A stretch of DNA of 64,000 nt from Candidatus Latescibacterota bacterium (GTDB lineage Bacteria; Latescibacterota; UBA2968; UBA8231), in the NCBI GenBank assembly GCA_965248265.1, contig CBDFJF010000002.1:352001-416000 (forward strand), read 5' to 3'. The number at the start of each line of letters is the position of its first letter. Position 1 is the stretch's first letter. A model generated the notes under the pieces. That model had not been told where the DNA came from, searched no databases, and worked only from the letters and a program-made list of their open reading frames with translations. Position numbers and translations under genes: made by a program. This document shows, in pieces, positions 57,283-64,000 of this stretch.

Positions 57283-58527
57283 ATGGAGATCCGCACGGTC
57301 CGAGAGTCGGAAGTAGAGGAGATGATCGAGCTTATGTGTCTGGTGTTCCGGCCCAAGGGTCACGAACGCTACCGGCAGTACATGGTAGGAGATCAATTCT
57401 ACCAGAGGGACCAATCACGGGTCGTCGTCGTTGATGGGCGCATCGTCGCCACGCTGCGCGTGTGGGACAAACAGATGCGGGTGGGCAGTACGCCAGTACG
57501 CTTCGGAGGTATCGGCAACGTCTGCACCCACCCGGAGGCGCGCGGCAAGGGTTACGCTACAGCGATGATGGAGGAGGCTGTCCGTTATATGAAGGAGTCC
57601 GATTACCCTATCAGCTGCCTGTTCACGGACGCCGGCAATCGATTCTACCACAGGATGGGGTACCGGGGAGTGCCGTTCAATGGTTTCCGCATGAGCCAGT
57701 GGAAGTTGGGAGGGGACATCGAGTCAGGCTGGGAGGTTACGCCGTTCGATGAGGCACGCGACCTGGCCCCGGCGGCGGAGCTGTACGAGATCTGTAATCG
57801 AGACCGCAGCGGAAGTCTGGTGCGCGATATGGCCTACTGGACGTCCGGAAACGTTCGGGTGCGGGATGTGTTCCCCAAACTCGTGGCCCGCAAGGGTGAC
57901 GTCCTGGGGGGGTACCTGACCTATGACGATTCAGCCGATGAGGTGGAGATTCTGGATGTCGCCCACCAGTCGGAGCCCGGCGTGCTGACGGCGCTGGCAG
58001 GCCAATTCCTCGGGGCCTGCACGAGTCAGGGGATCGAAACCGTCCATGGATTGCTGCCGCAGCGGCATCCATTCGTCGACGCCATGCTGGAGCTGGGCAT
58101 GGGCAACCTGGTTTCAGCCGGCAACAATAAGCTGATGATGAGCACCCTGAACCTGCAGCCGCTGTCCGAGCAGATTCTACCGGAGTTGCAGGGGCGTCTC
58201 GATGCGTCTGATATTGAGGTTAATGCACAGGTGACCGTGGTGATTCAGGTGGATGGCGAGGAATGTGTGCTGATGCTGGGCGCGGATCGAATACTACAGC
58301 TGGGAAGCGCATCGGCGAGTGATGCGGCGGCCGTCACCGGAGCCGATATGGTGGCGCTTTCGGGCGAATTATTCTGGCGCATGTTGCTGGGCGAATCCGG
58401 ATGGCGTGATCTGCAACCAACCCTGTATGAGCGTTCGGAGATGTCGATCAGCCCCCAAGCGGACGGGTTGATGCGAGTGCTGTTCCCGACGAACGAACCA
58501 GTTTTCTGGCAAGCGGATCACTTCTGA
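57283..58527 (+). CDS. Eis-like GNAT acetyltransferase
   Basis: GGIGNVCTHPEARGKGYA, FYHRMGY, a second GNAT-like domain and an SCP2-like C-terminus ending DHF. Confidence 0.85.
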   Translation: MEIRTVRESEVEEMIELMCLVFRPKGHERYRQYMVGDQFYQRDQSRVVVVDGRIVATLRVWDKQMRVGSTPVRFGGIGNVCTHPEARGKGYATAMMEEAVRYMKESDYPISCLFTDAGNRFYHRMGYRGVPFNGFRMSQWKLGGDIESGWEVTPFDEARDLAPAAELYEICNRDRSGSLVRDMAYWTSGNVRVRDVFPKLVARKGDVLGGYLTYDDSADEVEILDVAHQSEPGVLTALAGQFLGACTSQGIETVHGLLPQRHPFVDAMLELGMGNLVSAGNNKLMMSTLNLQPLSEQILPELQGRLDASDIEVNAQVTVVIQVDGEECVLMLGADRILQLGSASASDAAAVTGADMVALSGELFWRMLLGESGWRDLQPTLYERSEMSISPQADGLMRVLFPTNEPVFWQADHF

Positions 58528-58564
58528 CCGGCTGTTCGAGACAGCTGCTAAAGGGCATAGCACC

Positions 58565-58936
58565 ATGGCGAAACCCCTCGATCTGGAATTCCTGTATTTT
58601 TTTTCCAGCCCATCGACATACGTGTTGAAGGTGAAGATTAACGGCCTGGGAGAAGGGGTTCCACCTGACAGGGTGTTTCACTGGCTTCGTTGCGACCGCA
58701 CGGTCCAGGGGGAAATCCAGAGACTCAGCTTTAAATCGATGGGTTCGGATGGCGGTATGGACTACCGCATCTTTGCGCAGGGTGCGCTTCACTTCAACAG
58801 ATCTGAAGCTCGGCTGGAGTTGCACGCTGGGAGTGACAGAGAGGAATTCGAGCTCGAGATCAACGAACCCAGTTCGGTTCCGGAAGAACTCGCATCGCAG
58901 GTCGATGACCTTCTGCGTCAGGATACAGACGCCTGA
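58565..58936 (+). CDS. Hypothetical protein
   Basis: 123-aa ORF with ATG filling the gap after the GNAT gene; no motif recognised. Confidence 0.6.
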   Translation: MAKPLDLEFLYFFSSPSTYVLKVKINGLGEGVPPDRVFHWLRCDRTVQGEIQRLSFKSMGSDGGMDYRIFAQGALHFNRSEARLELHAGSDREEFELEINEPSSVPEELASQVDDLLRQDTDA

Positions 58937-59033
58937 TGTCTTGCTTCAACCCCTCGGGTCACCCTCTGCTCGGGTTACCCTCTGATGGTGGCGATGCGGC
59001 AGGGACCATGGGCACCGCCGGTGTGATGCCGGG

Positions 59034-60107
59034 TTACATGTCATAGCGCCTGGCCAGTCCGAGCTCGTCCAGGATTTCCTCGATGTCCGACACCGTCTTG
59101 CCGTACACGGGGATTCCATCCCGGAGTCGGCGCTCACGTTCTCTGAACGCGCGCTCGCCTGGTACCAGGATCTCTTCGACTCCAGGCGCGCGACGCGAGC
59201 CTTTGACACCATCGATGAACTGAGACGCGATTCCCTCAAAGACGTTGGTGGACGCGAACCGTCCCGGATCGATGGCCAGGGCGAAGATGCCGTTGAGGTT
59301 GATGTCCCACGACTTGCCGGTGCTGCAACCGGCACCGCTGAGGGCGCCGCAAAGGATGTCGATGAGCATGCTCAAACCGAATCCCTTGTGTCCGGCCTCC
59401 ATGCCACCCAGTGGCAGCACGGCTCCTCGTTGGGGGTCACCCAATACCGTGTCGACATCTGTCGTGGTCTCACCATCTTCGCCGATGATCCACCCGAGTG
59501 GGGCAGGCTCTCCGGCCGCCGCCTTCATGTGGAGTTTGCCGAGTGCGACGACGCTCGTGGACATATCTACTACAATAGGCTGTCCATCCTTCCAGGGTAT
59601 GCCGGCCGCCAGCGGGTTCGTGCTCATGAAGGCTTCAACCGAGCCCCATGGCGCCGTGGCTGGGCTACCGCCGCCGTCATTGACGGCGATCAAACCGATC
59701 TGGCCGCGCAACGCCGGCGCTACGACGTAGCCACCAAGACGGGCAATGTCGCAAGACTCGGTCACGCTCACACACCCAACACCTATTTCGCGGGCCTTGT
59801 CGCTGGCAAGCTCCATCGCCCGGGTTGCGGCCACGGGTCCGAAGGCGCGGTGGGCGTTGATGAGGGCACTGGCTGCCGTCTCCTGCACAATCTCCAACTC
59901 AGCCCTGGTGTCGATGTGGCCATGGCGTGCGTCCTTGTAAAACATCGGAATGCGCATGACCCCATGGCTGTCGTAGCCGCACAGGCTGGCCTCCATCAGG
60001 GTATCGACGACGATCGAGCGCTCCTGCTCGGGCACGCCGGAGGCCTCGAAAATGTCCTGCATCAACTGCCTCAGGGTGTCGGCTGCGAGGATTACGTCAT
60101 CTGACAT
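59034..60107 (-). CDS. Ldh_2 family oxidoreductase (malate/L-lactate/ureidoglycolate dehydrogenase-like)
   Basis: GYDSHGVMR, TNPLA, VDMSTS, LPLGG…HKGFGL and VPGE. Confidence 0.92.
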   Translation of the reverse strand: MSDDVILAADTLRQLMQDIFEASGVPEQERSIVVDTLMEASLCGYDSHGVMRIPMFYKDARHGHIDTRAELEIVQETAASALINAHRAFGPVAATRAMELASDKAREIGVGCVSVTESCDIARLGGYVVAPALRGQIGLIAVNDGGGSPATAPWGSVEAFMSTNPLAAGIPWKDGQPIVVDMSTSVVALGKLHMKAAAGEPAPLGWIIGEDGETTTDVDTVLGDPQRGAVLPLGGMEAGHKGFGLSMLIDILCGALSGAGCSTGKSWDINLNGIFALAIDPGRFASTNVFEGIASQFIDGVKGSRRAPGVEEILVPGERAFRERERRLRDGIPVYGKTVSDIEEILDELGLARRYDM

Positions 60108-60137
60108 TCCTGGTGCTCCAGTGGCTGGGGTGCGGGT

Positions 60138-60926
60138 TTACGCGCCTTCGATGCTCGGATGCGTATCGAGAACAATCTGACGGCTGTGCCTGATGGCCTC
60201 GAGGGGGTCCGGCAGGTCGGGGCTCAATTCCAGGCTGACGGCGGAATCGTAGCCGATGCCTTCGAGGGCAGCAAAGGTCGAGTCGAGGAAATCCTGAGTC
60301 ATGACGCCATCCAGGAGGCTGAGGTGCAGGTCCCTTTCGCCGTCGTTGTCGTCGAGATGGACGTACCCCAGTCGATCTCCGGCAGAGGCGATCACACTGT
60401 CCGGATTTTCACTGGTCATAAGCAGATGGCCGATGTCGAGGAGGAGGTACAGGTTGGGATGAGCGATGTCGCGGACGAATCGCAGCGTGCCAGCCGCCGT
60501 CGGCAGGGCTCTGCCCGGGGCGTGCTCGATGCACAGGCGCATGCCGCGTTGGGCAGCCTGCTCAGCCAGGGTTTCCAGGGTCTGCGCGAAGCGCGCCAGG
60601 GCCTCCGTAGTGGTATCGAGATCGGGGATGAGGTAGGCGGTTTTGGCCTGCAGGTGAGCGGCGTGATCCAGGCCTCGGATGGCGTGGTCGATGGCGGAGG
60701 CGGAGATCTTCACACTGGCGCTGTCGAGGTTGATGCCCTCGGGTAAGGCGACTGAGGCAGCCACGCAGGACACGCTGAGACCTGTCTCGCGCAGGCTGTC
60801 GATGCCCTGTTGTCCGGCATGGGTGAAAGGTCGCACGTCGACCCAACGCAGACCCTCATCGCGCAGGGCAGCAAGGATTTCGTCTTCGGTCGCGGTCAGG
60901 GCCCAGGTGCAAGAGGATAGAATCAT
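60138..60926 (-). CDS. Sugar phosphate isomerase/epimerase (xylose isomerase-like TIM barrel)
   Basis: LCIEH, LDIGH, YVHLDDNDG..D.H and SLEL; ATG at 60926. Confidence 0.88.
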   Translation of the reverse strand: MILSSCTWALTATEDEILAALRDEGLRWVDVRPFTHAGQQGIDSLRETGLSVSCVAASVALPEGINLDSASVKISASAIDHAIRGLDHAAHLQAKTAYLIPDLDTTTEALARFAQTLETLAEQAAQRGMRLCIEHAPGRALPTAAGTLRFVRDIAHPNLYLLLDIGHLLMTSENPDSVIASAGDRLGYVHLDDNDGERDLHLSLLDGVMTQDFLDSTFAALEGIGYDSAVSLELSPDLPDPLEAIRHSRQIVLDTHPSIEGA

Positions 60927-61227
60927 GAGCAGGGCGATCGCTCTCGCTGGTATGGTTGGGGTAAAGGATTGACCGCGCAGTTGGCTGCAAGCACAAGAGT
61001 AAGGAGCCTGTGGCAGGGGCGACAGCGTGGCCATCCGCCCCTCGCCCGTCTTTGTCATGGCGGAAAAATGTGCCGACTCTTTCTGGGTCTCTCTGGTGGA
61101 CGATGGCATATTTGCCGTGTTACCGGCTATTGTGCCGGGCGCCTGGCAGTCAGAGAGCGTGGTATGTTTTTTGCGCCACTACGGTAATGTGCGTTCAATT
61201 AATGATAGCGGAGTACTGGGAGGGACA

Positions 61228-63444
61228 GTGACCGGCGTCACAAAGATCGACGAAAGGCCAGTGACGAGACGACGGATTGACCTCCGTGTGCTTGGTGCTC
61301 TGGTCCTCATCCTTGTGTTGGCTGCGTACTTGCGCTGGCTTCCCATCAGCGATGGCAATCTCGATGGCATTATCTCGGGCGACGCGCGCGAGTATCAGAG
61401 CCTCGCCGAGTTCTTCGTCGACAGGGATAGCCAGCTTCCCCCTGACCGCTACCCTGGATACCCTTACCTGCTGGCCGGTCTATTCGCCGTCCTGCCCTTC
61501 GCCCACGACACGGTCCAGATCGCTACCAGCATGGTGCTGGGAGTTCTCGTCATCGCGTTGGTGTACGTCCTCGCCGCTCCCCTTGTTGGCCGCGGTCTCG
61601 GTGTGGGGGTTGCCACTCTGGCGGCAATCCAACCAGAGATGGTTGATAACGCGCACCGGGGCATGTCTGAGGAGCTGTTTCTCACGTGCCTGCTACTATT
61701 GCTGATACTGTTTCGCCGGATCTATCTGTCGACTTCGATCGGTTGGGGGGGTTACTCTATCCTCGGTCTATTGTGTGGGGCGGTGGCGCTGGTGAGGCCC
61801 GACGGAGCTTATGTCTTCGTACCCATTTTTCTGGGTTTTCTATGGCGTGAAAGGGCGCAAGGAATAGGCAGGCTGGTTCAGATATTACCCATCCTTGTGC
61901 TTCCCCTGGCGTTGCCGGTACTGAGCCGGATTTGGACGGAGTCCCTCGGCATTTACGACATGAACATGCGCCTGGGTCGCGTGATTCTGTGGATGGAGTT
62001 CATGCTCGGACGCATGCCGTACAGCTACACGTTCTACAAGGAAACGCACGTCAACGAGTGGCTCTGGGAATACCATTCCCTGGCCGAGTTGGTCATTCTC
62101 GGCATGAAGAGTTCGATCCGCAATCTACTGGCACTCGGTGAAGCGATCTGGGGTCAAGTGGCTTTGCTGCTAGCCATGGTCGGCGCCGCGACCTATGTGC
62201 GCGAACACAGAGACTGGGCACTGCCCCTGGCGGTACCGTTGGTGGTGTTGCCGCAGTGGGGAATCGTCACCCTGTGGATGGAGGCGGACGTGGAGCGTTA
62301 CAGCATCCGAGCCGTGCCGATGTTACTGATCCTGCTTGCCCTTGGGGCGCGGCAGGCTGCCACGTGGACTCGCGTCCGGTTTTCCCTCGATGGGGTGGTG
62401 ATACGCTGGCTCCCGGCCGGGTTCGCTCTACTCTCCCTGGCACCCGCCCTGCTGCCTTTCTCTCTTTACGCGAGTGTGCGCCCGAACGTTTACGCTCTCA
62501 TCACCGAGCGTGAAGAATACCTGCCAAAATCGAAGAAGATCCATCCCCAACTGGTGGCGACCTGGCAGGAGTTCGTCAAGGGTCGCATGCCGATTCAAGA
62601 AGCGGAAGAGAAGGCGATGCGGTTGCTCGCTCGCCATGATGCCTACGCCCCGACTCATTTCGTGTTGGCAATTCTCTCCCTGACTCAAGGGCAGCGCGCC
62701 GAAGCGATCGAGAGTCTGGAGCGTGCCGTGGAAATCGTCCCTTTCTTCGCCGAAGCGGCTGTGATGCTCGCCGAGCTCTACGCCATAGAGCAGCGCTGTG
62801 AGGAGGCCCTGGCGCTATTGGAACAGACTGCCGTCCTGCGGTCGGATTATCCGCTGGTCGAGCTGATGCGAGGTCACCTGAACATCATGACTGGCGACAT
62901 GCAGAGCGCGCGGACAGCGTACATGGAATATCTGCGTCTCAACCGACACCAACACGAGCGCACGTTCGTGCGGCATGAACGAATCATGAAGCGCAAGGGT
63001 GTGGACACGACGAAGCTTCATCAAATACGTGCAGCCCTACAGGCAGACGCCTCCGGCCTGACGAGTCCACTGCTATGGGATTACCTGAGCCTCGATCTGG
63101 ACGGCATCAAGATGGCGCCGCCGGCGGACCAGACACTCTATCTCAACTTGGGGGTGTGTGACTTGCTAGCTGGCGATGTGAATGCGGCGCGGCAACACTG
63201 GATGGCGATGACACGCCTGATGCCCACCCACGCTCACGCCTGGGCAAATCTCGGGACTCTGCTGGCCGTAGGTGGACACCACGAGCAGGCGCGGACCAGC
63301 TGGGCGCAGGCGCTCTCGCTGGCGCCGGAAAACGCCATAGCCCGCGATGGGCTGCGGCAGCTCGAGACGGCAACCTTCAGCGCCGAGACGGCGCGTTACG
63401 AACCCATTCGGGTGGTCTTACCCTTGACCGGGGCGCATTTGTAG
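61228..63444 (+). CDS. GT-C fold (ArnT/PMT-like) membrane glycosyltransferase with C-terminal TPRs
   Basis: GDAREY acidic loop, PGYPYLLA, SEELF, LVRP, RY after the TMs, and a TPR tail (AWANLG); start uncertain. Confidence 0.8.
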   Translation: MTGVTKIDERPVTRRRIDLRVLGALVLILVLAAYLRWLPISDGNLDGIISGDAREYQSLAEFFVDRDSQLPPDRYPGYPYLLAGLFAVLPFAHDTVQIATSMVLGVLVIALVYVLAAPLVGRGLGVGVATLAAIQPEMVDNAHRGMSEELFLTCLLLLLILFRRIYLSTSIGWGGYSILGLLCGAVALVRPDGAYVFVPIFLGFLWRERAQGIGRLVQILPILVLPLALPVLSRIWTESLGIYDMNMRLGRVILWMEFMLGRMPYSYTFYKETHVNEWLWEYHSLAELVILGMKSSIRNLLALGEAIWGQVALLLAMVGAATYVREHRDWALPLAVPLVVLPQWGIVTLWMEADVERYSIRAVPMLLILLALGARQAATWTRVRFSLDGVVIRWLPAGFALLSLAPALLPFSLYASVRPNVYALITEREEYLPKSKKIHPQLVATWQEFVKGRMPIQEAEEKAMRLLARHDAYAPTHFVLAILSLTQGQRAEAIESLERAVEIVPFFAEAAVMLAELYAIEQRCEEALALLEQTAVLRSDYPLVELMRGHLNIMTGDMQSARTAYMEYLRLNRHQHERTFVRHERIMKRKGVDTTKLHQIRAALQADASGLTSPLLWDYLSLDLDGIKMAPPADQTLYLNLGVCDLLAGDVNAARQHWMAMTRLMPTHAHAWANLGTLLAVGGHHEQARTSWAQALSLAPENAIARDGLRQLETATFSAETARYEPIRVVLPLTGAHL

Positions 63445-63552
63445 GTGGTAAGCGGTCGCTGGGGATTCGTCACTATCTTAGAATGCGATTTTTGCCTGAC
63501 TGAGAGGGTCAGGTGATGCGATTCGCGTTAGCATCGGCTTGAGGATCTGGCA

Positions 63553-64000
63553 ATGAACAAGGCATTCGCCTCGTATCAAGGGAAGCGAGTACTGATCACC
63601 GGCCATACCGGCTTCAAGGGAAGTTGGTTGACGATCTGGCTCAAGATGCTGGGAGCGGAAGTAGCGGGGTTGTCCCTCGTTCCTGAAGAACCGGAGCGCT
63701 GTTTGTTCAATGCGGCGGGAGTGGCCGACGGCATGGAATCTGTCGTCGGAGATGTTCGGGACATCACCGTTGTCGAGAAAGTGTTCGAAGCACACAAGCC
63801 CGAGATCGTCTTTCACCTCGCTGCCCAAGCCTTCGTGAGGCGCTCCTACGATGATCCCGTTGACACCTATACGACGAACGTAATCGGAACCGTGAATGTT
63901 CTGGAGATGTCGCGTCGCTGCCAGTCAGTCCAAGCTCTGGTGAACGTGACCACGGACAAGTGCTACGAAAACAAGGAGTGGGATCGGGGCTATCGTGAGA
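63553..64000 (+). CDS. rfbG: CDP-glucose 4,6-dehydratase (3'-truncated by window edge)
   Basis: Manual translation: GKRVLITGHTGFKGSWL…FHLAAQAFVRRSYDDP…NVIGT…VTTDKCYENKEW. Confidence 0.93.
   Translation, partial: MNKAFASYQGKRVLITGHTGFKGSWLTIWLKMLGAEVAGLSLVPEEPERCLFNAAGVADGMESVVGDVRDITVVEKVFEAHKPEIVFHLAAQAFVRRSYDDPVDTYTTNVIGTVNVLEMSRRCQSVQALVNVTTDKCYENKEWDRGYRE

Noticed and set aside
1-64000. Prophage, IS, integron, tRNA/rRNA or anti-phage defence island
   Set aside because: No integrase, transposase, phage structural gene, cloverleaf or recognisable defence domain seen by eye; a covariance/HMM scan would be needed to exclude them fully.

Overview
GC-rich bacterial chromosomal segment with about 58 protein-coding genes. 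I recognised no rRNA, tRNA, CRISPR array, integrase or transposase. Housekeeping genes include trxB, zapA, a phosphohexomutase, infA, class I lysS, yhbY, fxsA, comEC, eda, msrB, galM, tpx, slyD and a partial rfbG. They are mixed with many accessory catabolic genes: PhyH dioxygenases, an LLM monooxygenase, an amidase, aminotransferases, a C45 peptidase, a CehA/McbA hydrolase and GNATs. Two secreted proteins carry FlgD-Ig/'NPFN' C-terminal domains. This gene content suggests an FCB-group lineage such as Ca. Latescibacterota (inference only). Top observations: (1) a monocistronic unit at 47.5-48.2 kb, with a multi-stem 5' leader carrying two anti-SD segments upstream of a small 'LP..PNL..LKKQA' domain fused to a FliM-like fragment; (2) a candidate sigma54-driven, rod-shaped ~115-nt ncRNA at 24.9-25.0 kb; (3) an NHEJ locus ligD-ku followed by a TPR protein bearing a canonical beta-clamp-binding motif (QLDLF); (4) two frameshifted genes, one at a G8 tract and one at a perfect 14-bp palindrome; (5) an orphan FliL-like lipoprotein and several gene remnants and short tandem triplications. 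All calls come from reading the sequence and the ORF track; no database searches were run.
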